A DNA stretch of 63,990 bases, filler included, from Octopus bimaculoides (GCF_001194135.2; 8 parts of 7 records of this genome joined end to end with filler, not necessarily neighbours in it), one strand, 5' to 3'; positions 13,330 to 26,455 are shown, counted from the first letter of the whole stretch. Notes: generated by a model not told the origin, from the letters alone. A program made the numbers and translations.

Positions 13330-14238
13330 AACGATAGTCGTTACATATTGAACTCTATGAAAATCTTACATATTTTTACGTCCCTCTTTCAAACTGTATC
13401 TGTAAATTTCATGTCTCTTTTTACAATGCTCTTCCATCTGTCTGCTAGACTTGCAAGGCCCCTCTTCCAGAATTCACTTGTCCGTGAAGAAAAATACTCT
13501 TCCAGTACTCTTCTGACCTTGTCTATAGAATTCATATTTTTCCCGTCCAAATGATTTTGAAGACTGCGGAATAAATGATAATCAGATGGTACAATACCGG
13601 TGAATATGGTTGGAGGGGCATCGCTTCTCATTCAAACTGCTCCAGCCTTTGGAATGTCATCCTTGCTGTAGGTGGCCGAGCATTATCCTGATGGAAGAAC
13701 ACCTTTCGTCTTGAAATCAAAGATGGTCGTTTTTCTTCTAGCGTTGGTGTCGATCAATGGTTGACTGACCAAATCCAAGCTTCTCTCCTAGTTCTCCAAC
13801 AGTTACGATGGGATTTTGTTCCACTAGGGTTTTCAGGACTTCCTCGTCAAGCTCTACAGATCTTCCAAGACGAGGCTGGTCTTCTAGGCCGTTATTTCCG
13901 GCTCGGAATTTCTGGAACCACCGTTGACACTGGTTTACGCTTATTGTTCAATCCCCATACACTGCATTAATATTCATCGCGCTTTCCGTTGCGTTGTTGC
14001 TTTTATTGAACTCATAAAGCAAAATATGCTGAATTTCCTCCTTTGTCACTTCCATTATAGCTTTGAAAAATTAACTGTTAAAATCGAACTGCACTCTTCA
14101 AAACTTGCACTAAGAATAACGATAGGGTAAAATTACTAGCTGCTATATAGCAGGTTGATGCAGGTAGTTTATCCCGTCTCCCTCCGACTTTTATTTCATG
14201 CAATTGAAAAAAATTGTATTATTTATGGGATGACCATA
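13330..14238 (-). mobile_element. Internally deleted mariner pseudogene
   Basis: Minus strand ATG at 14055 reads MEVTKEEIQHILLYEFNK..RWFQKFRAG, then jumps to FHQDNARP and PSDYHLFRSLQNHL. It has in-frame stops. The terminus tatggtcatcccataa matches the 20659 element at 14/16. Confidence 0.88.
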
Positions 14239-15004
14239 TATNNNNNNNNNNNNNNNNNNNNNNNNNNNNNNNNNNNNNNNNNNNNNNNNNNNNNNNNNNN
14301 NNNNNNNNNNNNNNNNNNNNNNNNNNNNNNNNNNNNNNNNNNNNNNNNNNNNNNNNNNNNNNNNNNNNNNNNNNNNNNNNNNNNNNNNNNNNNNNNNNNN
14401 NNNNNNNNNNNNNNNNNNNNNNNNNNNNNNNNNNNNNNNNNNNNNNNNNNNNNNNNNNNNNNNNNNNNNNNNNNNNNNNNNNNNNNNNNNNNNNNNNNNN
14501 NNNNNNNACATATATATATAAAGATATATATATATGTATGTACACTTGTATGTACTGATAAACGCTTGTATTTATGCAGAGACGAAAGAAAAGAAAACTC
14601 TATCTGTAACATAGAGTGGATTTGTTTTATTAGAAGCTGAAATTTCTTGGTCCGCAACTGTAGATTTCATGTTGTCGATTATTCGAATAATCGGCAGAGG
14701 GGGTCGTCATCCTGCCTGATACTGCTGAGCATAAAAGTAATTAGAAAAAGGAAATCCGTAGGATAGCAATGAAATGTTATCTCATAAAATAACCAAATGA
14801 ACGAAGATTCCCGAAAAAATAACTGTGCCTTTGGAATGATATAGGAATATCTAAATTCGGGGAACAACTGTTAGGAAACCCTACTATTGTGTATCGGGAA
14901 TGGAAAATATGTTTCTGACTGAGAAATCGTAGAAACACAGGGAAAAATCATTATGTAATTGCATGAGCCAACAAATCAAAATCATATCGATGACAACATT
15001 ACTA

Positions 15005-15320
15005 CTGTTGCTGGTACTCCGTCGCTTACAACGACGAGTGTTCCAAATTGATCCGATCATTGAAACAGCCTGCTCGTGAAATTAACATGCAAGTGGCTGA
15101 GCACTCCACAGACACGTGTACCCTTAACGTAGCGTCACACTGAGTGTGACAAGGATGGCCCTTTGAAATACAGGTACTACTCATTTTTGCCAGCTGAGTG
15201 GACTGGAGTAACGTACAGTAAAGTGTCTCGCTCAAGGACACAATGTGCAGCCGGAAATTGAACTAGCGACCTTACGATCGTGAGCGAATACCCCTAACCA
15301 TTAAGCCACGCGCCTTCACA
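15005..15320 (-). mobile_element. tRNA-derived SINE family B (tail type 1)
   Basis: Minus strand head gaaggcgcgtggcttaatggttagg, B box agttcaatt, central tgtgtccttgagcgagacactt. Confidence 0.85.
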
Positions 15321-15410
15321 CCGATTACAATCCCTCTTGTGGGAAACAAGAGAAATGAGACCATCGTTGCACAAGCTGGAGAATACTACATTCGTTGTTG
15401 AAATATATAC

Positions 15411-15660
15411 CCAAGGGAAATAACCTAGTCATTTTCCTAAATTATTTGGTATAAATCAAATTGAGTATATATAGCCAAGGGAAATAACCTAGTCATTTTC
15501 CTAAATTATTTGGTATAAATCAAATTGAGTATATATAGCCACGGAAAATAACCCAGTCATTTTCCTAAATTATTTGGTATAAATCAAATTGAGTATATAT
15601 AGCCAAGGGAAATAACCTAGTCATTTTCCTAAATTATTTGATATAAATCAAATTGAGTAT
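15411..15660. repeat. 64-bp tandem repeat, about 3.9 copies
   Basis: Unit ccaagggaaataacctagtcattttcctaaattatttggtataaatcaaattgagtatatatag starting at 15411, 15475, 15539 and 15603. Confidence 0.95.
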
Positions 15661-15937
15661 GCTTATTACTTAGTAATCGAACTGTTAGAGTTATTTTCGC
15701 AATTTATCCAGTACAACCTTTAAACAAGTAAATAGTATTTTCTAAACAATAAATCCATTTATTTCGGTTAGTGACTTATTCACGAATATACCAAGGAACA
15801 GACTAAAAGAAAAAAAAGGGGCTGTGCAGTTTGGGGATAATAGACTTGGTAAAGGACCTCGAGAAGCCCTTGAGAAACTGATGGAAGCTGAGGCTAAAAT
15901 TCAATTAATCTGAGGCCAGTGGATTGATCTAGGTTGC

Positions 15938-15974
<37 letters not shown>

Positions 15975-16104
15975 AATTAAAACCAAGTTGGCTTTGATTA
16001 AGTATTTAGTGTTTCTGTCTAGGAATATGGTTAGTTGTGTTAAAAATGCTACGACTGTTACTGCTGCTGCTGTTTTTGATGACGCTGATGATGGTGACGA
16101 CGAC

Positions 16105-16151
<47 letters not shown>

Positions 16152-16380
16152 CGACGACCACGACGACGACGACGATGATGATGATGATAACGCTGTCCTC
16201 ACAACAACAGTTACAACATGATAACAATGGCGTTATAGCAACAACGTGAATGCTTCATTTCAGGCAAATTTCAAGATGGCTGGCTTCGAAGGAGGAACCA
16301 AGAAGATTGGCAGTCGTTGTAAAGCTCTAATTGATTGATCTAATAACAAAAAGTTAGTTTTGACTTGAATGACGTTAGTG

Positions 16381-16394
16381 GCGCTATCTGGCGG
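16381..16394 (-). promoter_or_regulatory. CTCF-like motif
   Basis: Minus strand CCGCCAGATAGCGC, one mismatch to CCRCYAGRKGGCGC. Confidence 0.3.
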
Positions 16395-16702
16395 TGGTTG
16401 GCACAAGCCTAATGAGCAACCGTCAACCAATTGTTGATAAACCAAGTTTGTTAGTAACATTGTTGTTGTTGTTGTTATTGTTGTTGTTGTTGTTATTGTT
16501 GTTGTTGTTGTTGTTATTGTTGTTGTTGTTGTTGTTATTGTTGTTGTTCTACTGCTTCTGCTTCTTCTTCTTCTTCTTCTTCTTCTTCTTCTTCTTCTTC
16601 TTCTTCTTCTTCTTCTTCTCCTTCTTCTTCTTCTTCTTCTTCTTCCACCACCACCACAACCACTACCTCTGCTACCACCACCACTGCCACCAAACTCCCC
16701 AT

Positions 16703-16744
<42 letters not shown>

Positions 16745-16966
16745 CACCAAAACCACCACNNNNNNNNNNNNNNNNNNNNNNNNNNNNNNNNNNNNNNNNN
16801 NNNTTAATTAATTAANNNNNNNNNNNNNNNNNNNNNNNNNNNNNNNNNNNNNNNNNNNNGAACTTCTAACTTGTTGTCTCTTGAGGTCTCTGGGTGAGAC
16901 TTGGATCCAACTTGTACAAATGCAAAACAAAAGTCAAACATAAAACAATAATAATAATAATAATAA

Positions 16967-17028
<62 letters not shown>

Positions 17029-17088
17029 ATAATAATGACATCGAAAAATACCTTACGAATGAGAACCCAGGTTCGAAATTTCCCCAAG

Positions 17089-17132
17089 AGACCTGATGAA
17101 GGCTGGAGGGTATATCGGCCGAAACGTTGTGT
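17089..17132 (+). ncRNA. Minimal type-I hammerhead ribozyme-like motif
   Basis: AGAC-CTGATGA-A-GGCTG(10-nt loop)CGGCC-GAAAC-GTT-GTGT: intact CUGAUGA and GAAA cores, 5-bp stem II, palindromic AACGTT stem III, and one G:G mismatch in stem I. Confidence 0.7.
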
Positions 17133-17518
17133 TAACAACAAACAAGATGAGGACAAAGATCCGTCGAATGTAAATAATGTACATAATTCCTCATCTCTTA
17201 AATATAGAACTGTATTAAACTGACTCCACTACTTGATTTAAAAAAAAAATCCTGATACTATTTATTTAATCCATCTCTTTTGCCGAAACTGCTAAGTCAC
17301 GAGAACGTAAACACGCAGACACCGGTTGTCAAGCGGTGATGGGGGACAAACACACACACATACTTACATACTTATGTACATACACGCGCGGTTCAATAAA
17401 AGAAACAGATAGATTAAGTACTAGGCTTTAAAAATATGTCCTGGTGTCGATTTGTTCAACTAAAACCCTTCAAGGTGGTGCTCCCGCATGGCCGCAGTCA
17501 AATGACTGAGACAAAATA

Positions 17519-18823
17519 CAGAGGTTGGTCAAAATAACGGAAACACCTAGCATCATATCATTATACTTTTGAAATATCTATAAAACCATCAAAAGCTTGT
17601 TTAGTTTTATGGTTTTTGGTTTATTATTAGTGTTGCTTAATATGTTTTGCTAAAATTGCTGTTTCTTTTTTCAGATATCAGAAAAGGTAATTAAAATTCA
17701 TTAAAATGTCAGATCTATCTGACTTTCAAAGAGGTCAAATTGTTGGTGCTCGTATGGCAGGCCCTAGCGTAACGAAAACAGCCAAAATGTTTGGTGTATC
17801 AAGAAGTACTGTCTCGAAAGTAATGACAGCCTTTGAGAAAGAGGGAAAAACCTCNNNNNNNNNNNNNNNNNNNNNNNNNNNNNNNNNNNNNNNNNNNNNN
17901 NNNNNNNNNNNNNNNNNNNNNNNNNNNNNNNNNNNNNNNNNNNNNNNNNNNNNNNNNNNNNNNNNNNNNNNNNNNNNNNNNNNNNNNNNNNNNNNNNNNN
18001 NNNNNNNNNNNNNNNNNNNNNNNNNNNNNNNNNNNNNNNNNNNNNNNNNNNNNNNNNNNNNNNNNNNNNNNNNNNNNNNNNNNNNNNNNNNNNNNNNNNN
18101 NNNNNNNNNNNNNNNNNNNNNNNNNNNNNNNNNNNNNNNNNNNNNNNNNNNNNNNNNNNNNNNNNNNNNNNNNNNNNNNNNNNNNNNNNNNNNNNNNNNN
18201 NNNNNNNNNNNNNNNNNNNNNNNNNNNNNNNNNNNNNNNNNNNNNNNNNNNNNNNNNNNNNNNNNNNNNNNNNNNNNNNNNNNNNNNNNNNNNNNNNNNN
18301 NNNNNNNNNNNNNNNNNNNNNNNNNNNNNNNNNNNNNNNNNNNNNNNNNNNNNNNNNNNNNNNNNNNNNNNNNNNNNNNNNNNNNNNNNNNNNNNNNNNN
18401 NNNNNNNNNNNNNNNNNNNNNNNNNNNNNNNNNNNNNNNNNNNNNNNNNNNNNNNNNNNNNNNNNNNNNNNNNNNNNNNNNNNNNNNNNNNNNNNNNNNN
18501 NNNNNNNNNNNNNNNNNNNNNNNNNNNNNNNNNNNNNNNNNNNNNNNNNNNNNNNNNNNNNNNNNNCCACAGTCCCCAGATCTCAATATTATTGAGCATT
18601 TATGGTGCATTTTAGAAAGACAAGGAAGGAGTCGATATCCTCCACCATCATCACTACAAGAACTGGAGACTGTTTTAGCTGAAGAATGGACAAAAATTCC
18701 TTTGGAAACAATTCAAACTTTGTAGAATCCAAGCTGTAATTACTGCCAAAGGCGGTCCTATCCCATATTAAAATAAATTTGTTTGAAATTTTAAGGTGTT
18801 TCCATTATTTTGTCCAATCCCTG
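17519..18823 (+). mobile_element. Tc1-like DNA transposon (DD34E type), centre hidden by a gap, C-terminus disrupted
   Basis: 30-bp TIRs (cagaggttggtcaaaataacggaaacacct and its inverted copy, 26/30 identical) with TA on both sides. ORF 17706 begins MSDLSDFQRGQIVGARMAG (HTH) and includes PQSPDLNIIEHLW. Confidence 0.93.
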
Positions 18824-18828
18824 TATAT

Positions 18829-18867
<39 letters not shown>

Positions 18868-19404
18868 AATACGACGAGCTTTCACATAGTTTCCGTCTAT
18901 CAAATTCATGTTGTTGAAAACAAATTCTGATGTTATAAGCTCTGGACAATGGACAATCCCCTAGAGTTCCATCTTTTTCACATCAACCCTATATCACTCA
19001 TTGTACGTTTCATGCACAATGATATTGTTACACAAACTTAACAGTTAGGACTGTAGAATACCATTATGTATAACTAGAGAAATATTAAACGTAATATGAA
19101 AGAATTAAGTTTAAAATGTTTGGTATTTCTCACGGCACCTTTTTATTTTACACTCTTCTTAACCTTAGAAACTAGCTACGCCTCTTATTGAAAAGTAAAC
19201 TTGTTACGAAACGATTTCTCATATAACTTCCATAACCGAGTTTGAGAACCAATTACAGCCATTATCTCCTCTTAACCTTTCTTTTTATTTAATCTTTTTA
19301 TTCAGAGATCTTATTCGTTAACACCTTTATGTATTAATGTAGTCAGCCCATTGTGTTTTCTCTTCCGCCTATCACCTCCTCCTACCAATAATAATAATAA
19401 TAAT

Positions 19405-19850
19405 AATAATCCATTCTACTATAGGCACAAGGCCTGAATTTTTTTTGGGGTGGGGAGCCAGTCGATTAGATCGATTCAGTACGCAACTGGTACTTAATTT
19501 ATCGATCCCGAAAGGATGAAAGGCAAAATCGACCTCGGCGGTATTTGAACCCACAACATGTAGACTGACGAAATACCGCTAAGCATTTCGCCTGGCGTGC
19601 TAACGATTCTGCCAGCTCACCGCTTTAATAATAATAATAGTAATAATCCTTTCTACTATAGACACAAGGCCTGAAATTTTGAGGGAGGGGACCAGTAGAT
19701 TACACCGACCGCAGTGTTTCATTGGTACTTCATTTATCGACCCCGAAAGGATGAAAAGCAAAGTCGACTTGGGCGGAATTCGAACTCAGAACATAGTGAC
19801 GGACGAAATGCCGCTAACCACTTTGCCCGGTGTGCTAACACTTTACGAGG
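19405..19850 (-). mobile_element. Two tandem tRNA-derived SINE family C copies (Meta-domain-like) with (ATT)n tails
   Basis: Central gtcgattttgcctttcatcctttcgggatcgataaattaagtacc on the minus strand, with (AAT)n runs before each copy on the plus strand. The Meta-domain label is recalled, not verified. Confidence 0.85.
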
Positions 19851-20348
19851 ACCCGCTTTACGAGACTCCGAGTCTTTANNNNNNNNNNNNNNNNNNNNNN
19901 NNNNNNNNNNNNNNNNNNNNNNNNNNNNNNNNNNNNNNNNNNNNNNNNNNNNNNNNNNNNNNNNNNNNNNNNNNNNNNNNNNNNNNNNNNNNNNNNNNNN
20001 NNNNNNNNNNNNNNNNNNNNNNNNNNNNNNNNNNNNNNNNNNNNNNNNNNNNNNNNNNNNNNNNNNNNNNNNNNNNNNNNNNNNNNNNNNNNNNNNNNNN
20101 NNNNNNNNNNNNNNNNNNNNNNNNNNNNNNNNNNNNNNNNNNNNNNNNNNNNNNNNNNNNNNNNNNNNNNNNNNNNNNNNNNNNNNNNNNNNNNNNNNNN
20201 NNNNNNNNNNNNNNNNNNNNNNNNNNNNNNNNNNNNNNNNNNNNNNNNNNNNNNNNNNNNNNNNNNNNNNNNNNNNNNNNNNNNNNNNNNNNNNNNNNNN
20301 TGTTCATTTGAATATATACGTTTTTGCGTCGTAACTCCTTTATTATTA

Positions 20349-20394
<46 letters not shown>

Positions 20395-20658
20395 GTAACA
20401 AACTGAGGAAAAGAAATCCTTCAAATAGGTGTGTTAAACATCCAATTCACTGGTACTTCAGTTGGATGCCATATAAATATTGGTATAATTCAATAATAAG
20501 GATAAATTACATATAGAGACATTCAATAATCTATTTATATTACAATGTTACATTAAATACTATGAATATAATACATAACATAACATTATATAAATAATTA
20601 TAAAAACCGTAAATGTCCAACAGATTGTTTCGACTTATATATATTATTTTCTGATATA

Positions 20659-21510
20659 TCAGGTCATCCCATAAGTTCTGTCCAATTTTGCCTTTCTTAA
20701 AATTGAATGAAATTTTATAGTATTTTAGAATGTCTAACGGAATTAAAAATTATTTTTATGCATTTGTGTACATTTAAACTAATTAAACATTTTACAGAAT
20801 AATAGAATTAAAATTTCTTTGATCAAAACTCTCTCTAACATGGAAGTATCCAAAGGGCATTTAAGGCACATAATGCTTTATGAGTACAAACAAGGAAACT
20901 CTGTAGCCGAAGCGACTCGAAACATACACTCAGTTTATGGGAAAGAATGCATGAATGAAAGAACTTGCAGAAGATGGTTTGCAAAATTCAGAAGTGGAGA
21001 TTTCAGCCTTGAAGAGGAAGATCAAACAGGAAGTCCAGTTGAGTTTGATGATAAGCTCCTTGAGGCATTACTTGAAGAAAATCCTGCATTATCAGTTAAA
21101 GAATTGGCAATAAAGCTTAGTTCAAACCGTACAACTGTTCATCGTCATCTTCAACCACTTGGAAGGGTTCCTAAACTTGGAAAATGGGTGCCTGATGAAT
21201 TGTCCGAAAGCAACTGCAAATCCCGAGTTGACATTTGCTCTTCCCTCCATTCTCGCGAACTCATTTCACCCCTTTTGGATAGACTTGTGACTGGTGACGA
21301 AAAATGGATCTTCTATCGAAATGTTAAACGTCGTAAACAGTGGCTTGGTAAAAGGGAAAAAGCTCAACCACAACTGACAAGGGAACTTCATGGGAAAAAG
21401 GTTCTTCTCTCTATCTGGTGGGATTGCAAAGGAGTAATTCACTTTGAATTGTTACTACCTAATACAGCAATCAATGCTCAAGACTACCGTTAGCAATTAG
21501 AGCGTTTGAA
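20659..21510 (+). mobile_element. Mariner transposon, 5' part with transposase ORF 20840-21493 (217 aa), truncated by a stop and a SINE
   Basis: TA|tcaggtcatcccataag terminus. Protein has an HTH, WVPDEL (WVPHEL variant), VTGDEKW and SIWWD. It is followed by a SINE fragment and a gap. Confidence 0.93.
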
Positions 21511-22307
21511 CACACACACGAACTTCTTTCAGTTTCCGTCCACCAAATTCACTTACNNNNNNNNNNNNNNNNNNNNNNNNNNNNNNNNNNNNNNNNNNNN
21601 NNNNNNNNNNNNNNNNNNNNNNNNNNNNNNNNNNNNNNNNNNNNNNNNNNNNNNNNNNNNNNNNNNNNNNNNNNNNNNNNNNNNNNNNNNNNNNNNNNNN
21701 NNNNNNNNNNNNNNNNNNNNNNNNNNNNNNNNNNNNNNNNNNNNNNNNNNNNNNNNNNNNNNNNNNNNNNNNNNNNNNNNNNNNNNNNNNNNNNNNNNNN
21801 NNNNNNNNNNNNNNNNNNNNNNNNNNNNNNNNNNNNNNNNNNNNNNNNNNNNNNNNNNNNNNNNNNNNNNNNNNNNNNNNNNNNNNNNNNNNNNNNNNNN
21901 NNNNNNNNNNNNNNNNNNNNNNNNNNNNNNNNNNNNNNNNNNNNNNNNNNNNNNNNNNNNNNNNNNNNNNNNNNNNNNNNNNNNNNNNNNNNNNNNNNNN
22001 NNNNNNNNNNNNNNNNNNNNNNNNNNNNNNNNNNNNNNNNNNNNNNNNTGGTAAAACTAAATAGTGTAAAATATACACATATATACGAATAAAAGGTGAT
22101 AAAACCTAAAAGGCTAATATGGGTGAAGTCGAATGAAGAAAGATATATAGATTAAACTAATGCAGAATAATAGTGACTAAAAATTTAAGGCAATGAAACT
22201 AAAATAATATATATATAGTTGAAATTTACAGAAAAAACAAAAGACGAAGACAGGTGTATGAACAACAAGCAGGTGTATTACTTTGACGCTCGGGAAAGTG
22301 AGAAAGT

Positions 22308-22343
22308 CTTTTATGTTTCGAGCCTACGCTCTTCAACAGAAAG
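22308..22343 (-). ncRNA. Hammerhead-like motif with variant core, second family F copy
   Basis: CTTT-CTGTTGA-A-GAGC(gtag)GCTC-GAAAC-ATA-AAAG; C:A mismatch in stem III. Confidence 0.42.
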
Positions 22344-22989
22344 GAATAAGAGAAAATAAACAGAGAGAGAATAAAAAAAAAAACGTGTGAATTTATCGAT
22401 CTTTTTCATATGAATCGACCCTCGTCTGCGTGTGTGTAGATCGTGGTGTACCTATGCGCGTAGAAACGTGTGCGTACATACATACGTACGTACATAATAC
22501 ATACATACATGCATACATAGATATATAGTTGTATATGTGTATATGTATATATGTAGATATATATACATATCTACATCTATGTATGTTATATGTATATGTA
22601 TGCAAATAATCATTGAGAAGGAAGTCTTATGAATTACTAGAACGTCTTTTGTACCTGATAATGATATTTGTTTAAAACAGCCTATCAACCGACACTTTAA
22701 AGATAACTGAAGTCCAGCCGAGTCATTAAATTGCATATATAAAGATTATTTGAATGCCTTGCAACGTTGCAAGCTTGCTAACTACACATAGTGTGTATTT
22801 AAACAAACTAAAATGACAAAAAAGAACTGTGTCAACATGAACACGACTCTGATAAAAGCACGTAATCTGCATACAGTTTACTCTCTCTCTTACTTGAAAG
22901 AGGAACAGACACATCGAAGAATGTAGCTTTTGATATAAGATTATACATACATAAGCTCATACATACATACATACATACATACATACATA

Positions 22990-23660
22990 CATCCCAGTGT
23001 ATCCAGATTCTCCTTTAAGCATTTACTAACAAAACCTAGTGCTCCAGTTATTATTGGTATGAATATGAATTCATAGTCTGGAGATTTTGAAGCAGTTGGC
23101 CATAGATATCCTATTTTTCTTTGATTTTCAAAGAGATATTTATATCTGCAGAGCAGCTGAACATACCTTTGCCCCATCTGTCCCAAACGATAATATCCGG
23201 CCTGTTATGTTTACATTTGACAGAAGTTTCGATGGGAATATTCCACCAGTATTCCTTGAGTTGGTGTTTATGAATGTATTCCATAACAGGAATTTTCTAA
23301 GTTTATTTCAGGATAGTCTTTTTTGCGGATGGCATTGCAAATTGTTTTAGCGACAACATCGTGCCACATAGGGAGGTAGTACCGTGACGACATTTTAGGA
23401 CAGCTGCTAATCACATGCGTGATGTCTTCCACAGAAACATGATATAGCCTACACATGCGGTTTTACCTTGGGATTACAAGAGCGTCACTGTCTCTATTAT
23501 TCACCAGGTACTTTGTAGCTATTTCCTGTTCCTGGATTGCAAACGCATAGCCTTCAAAGTGTGATGTGATGTAGTGGTCTTGTATCCAAGAGAGACTGAG
23601 TTTCGTGTCAATTCTACTGAGGCAAATGACTAAAAGTTTTGATATCTCTCAGACAGCCAT
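22990..23660 (-). mobile_element. R4/Dong-like non-LTR retrotransposon, C-terminal relic (zinc knuckle and RLE endonuclease)
   Basis: FEGYAFAIQEQEIATKY, CRL.H...EDITHVISSCP, WHDVV (RHD variant), HNRPDIIVWD and IPIITGALG, with stops and frameshifts. Confidence 0.85.
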
Positions 23661-24917
23661 ATTACGGGTCGTGCATGAAGGCTTAATCATTAAAATTGCA
23701 ACGTCGACACCTAATTTCAGCCGCTTCCAAATCAAAGCGATTGGTCAGGTTCAAGAAAATGACGGGTGATATTCAGAGCGTCGTGACAATGTTTTCATCT
23801 GGTCTGACGAAAAGGTATTCACCATGGAGGCTGTAGTAAACACCCAGAATAACAGGATTTTGGTCATGAGGTCGGATGCTGTTCTCGAAGCGTCCGGAAG
23901 CTGAGGGCAGCTACTTAGAGTAAACTCATCTCTCAGTCATATTCTGGTAGCTATTTTTTTTATTTTTAAAATACTTTTATTTTTCGATGGGAGATGAAAG
24001 CTATCGCGGAGACGTTCCATAGATCTATAAAAATATAACGTTCGGGCTGTTAATAACGGAGCTGCTTCAGCACTGCAACTTTGTCTTTATTGTTCCAACT
24101 GCAAACGTTGTAAACATCAATATTTTTACAAGGCATCTCGTTAGATTCTCGAACAGTCCAGACAGTTCTAAAAGAACCTATTATAGGCAGCCGTCATTTA
24201 CAAGCAAGTATACCTTGGAGAGCATGTATCATGCTTTCGCTAATTGTATTAAGTACTTCTGTAGTTGCGTGCTGATATGTACATCCTCTCAACTCCTCAC
24301 CCGTAACTCACCGGAACATCCAGGATTCCCTCAACAAATGAAAGGAGATAGACAGATAGATAGATAGAGATAGACAGAGGTGGATAGAGGGAGAGGGGTT
24401 TACGCCCGCAATCAGACTGGTATTTATTATTGTTGAGTAAACTAGACCAACATAAAAGAAACTCTTTGCTCAAGTACCCAACGTGCCACTCGGTCGAGGA
24501 ATCGAACCTACAGCATTATGATCGTGAGCGGAACATCCGTAACCACTAGGTTCCGTGCTCTTACTCTTATCACGGAGAAGTGTTATACTAAAGGATCATG
24601 TAGGTCGATTTATGATAAATGTTTAAGTAGCATTATAAAGCTTCTCATCAGTTGTTACTACAGTATGCGTTTACATGACCTGAATAGATCGAAGGTATTC
24701 TACAGTTGAGGAACGCAGAGCGGGGCACGATGTTACATACTTGGAATCTTCGAAATAAAAATGAAAATAACAAATAAAATAAATACTTTATTAATATATT
24801 TAACAAATTATAATAACAAGTTACAATTATAATAACAAAACATAACAAGCATTGCTGATATTAATCTTATTCTTGTGTAAATGTTACATGTACATAGATA
24901 CTTACATACACACATGC

Positions 24918-24948
<31 letters not shown>

Positions 24949-25757
24949 NNNNNNNNNNNNNNNNNNNNNNNNNNNNNNNNNNNNNNNNNNNNNNNNNNNN
25001 NNNNNNNNNNNNNNNNNNNNNNNNNNNNNNNNNNNNNNNNNNNNNNNNNNNNNNNNNNNNNNNNNNNNNNNNNNNNNNNNNNNNNNNNNNNNNNNNNNNN
25101 NNNNNNNNNNNNNNNNNNNNNNNNNNNNNNNNNNNNNNNNNNNNNNNNNNNNNNNNNNNNNNNNNNNNNNNNNNNNNNNNNNNNNNNNNNNNNNNNNNNN
25201 NNNNNNNNNNNNNNNNNNNNNNNNNNNNNNNNNNNNNNNNNNNNNNNNNNNNNNNNNNNNNNNNNNNNNNNNNNNNNNNNNNNNNNNNNNNNNNNNNNNN
25301 NNNNNNNNNNNNNNNNNNNNNNNNNNNNNNNNNNNNNNNNNNNNNNNNNNNNNNNNNNNNNNNNNNNNNNNNNNNNNNNNNNNNNNNNNNNNNNNNNNNN
25401 NNNNNNNNNNNNNNNNNNNNNNNNNNNNNNNNNNNNNNNNNNNNNNNNNNNNNNNNNNNNNNNNNNNNNNNNNNNNNNNNNNNNNNNNNNNNNNNNNNNN
25501 NNNNNNNNNNNNNNNNNNNNNNNNNNNNNNNNNNNNNNNNNNNNNNNNNNNNNNNNNNNNNNNNNNNNNNNNNNNNNNNNNNNNNNNNNNNNNNNNNNNN
25601 NNNNNNNNNNNNNNNNNNNNNNNNNNNNNNNNNNNNNNNNNNNNNNNNNNNNNNNNNNNNNNNNNNNNNNNNNNNNNNNNNNNNNNNNNNNNNNNNNNNN
25701 NNNNNNNNNNNNNNNNNNNNNNNNNNNNNNNNNNNNNNNNNNNNNNNNNNNNNNNNN

Positions 25758-26152
25758 GGGGTGGGTGGTGGGTGTAAGGAATTGGATGGGGTGGAGTGGG
25801 AAGGTAGAGTAGGAGTGTGTTGGGGTGTGGTGGAATGAGCTTATGAGGGGGTGTCGACGATGAAGGGGAAGGGGAAGGTGGATTAAGAGAGAGGAAAGGT
25901 GGGTATGGGGGGAGAAAGAGAGGAAGAGAAAGAGAGTGAGAGAGAAGAGAGTGAGAGAGAGGGAAAGAGAGAGTAAGGGTGAGAGAGTAAGAGAGTAAGA
26001 GTGTAGAGAGTAAGAGTGAGAGAGGGGGAGTACGAGAGAAGAGAGTGAGAGAGAGTAAGAGAGAGGAGAGAAAGAGTAGGGGTGAAGAGAAGTAGGAAGA
26101 GAAGTTGGAGTGAAGAGAAGTAGGAGTGAAGAGAAGTAGGAAGAGAAGTGGG
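25758..26152 (-). repeat. Purine/pyrimidine-skewed low-complexity tract, probably the downstream region of the Penelope-like element
   Basis: GA-rich on the plus strand and lies 3' of the GIY-YIG fragment across a gap. The link to the element is inference. Confidence 0.4.
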
Positions 26153-26455
26153 NNNNNNNNNNNNNNNNNNNNNNNNNNNNNNNNNNNNNNNNNNNNNNNN
26201 NNNNNNNNNNNNNNNNNNNNNNNNNNNNNNNNNNNNNNNNNNNNNNNNNNNNNNNNNNNNNNNNNNNNNNNNNNNNNNNNNNNNNNNNNNNNNNNNNNNN
26301 NNNNNNNNNNNNNNNNNNNNNNNNNNNNNNNNNNNNNNNNNNNNNNNNNNNNNNNNNNNNNNNNNNNNNNNNNNNNNNNNNNNNNNNNNNNNNNNNNNNN
26401 NNNNNNNNNNNNNNNNNNNNNNNNNNNNNNNNNNNNNNNNNNNNNNNNNNNNNNN

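Noticed and set aside
15411-15660. Regular repeats as a possible CRISPR array
   Set aside because: There are no unique spacers, no cas genes and the context is eukaryotic.
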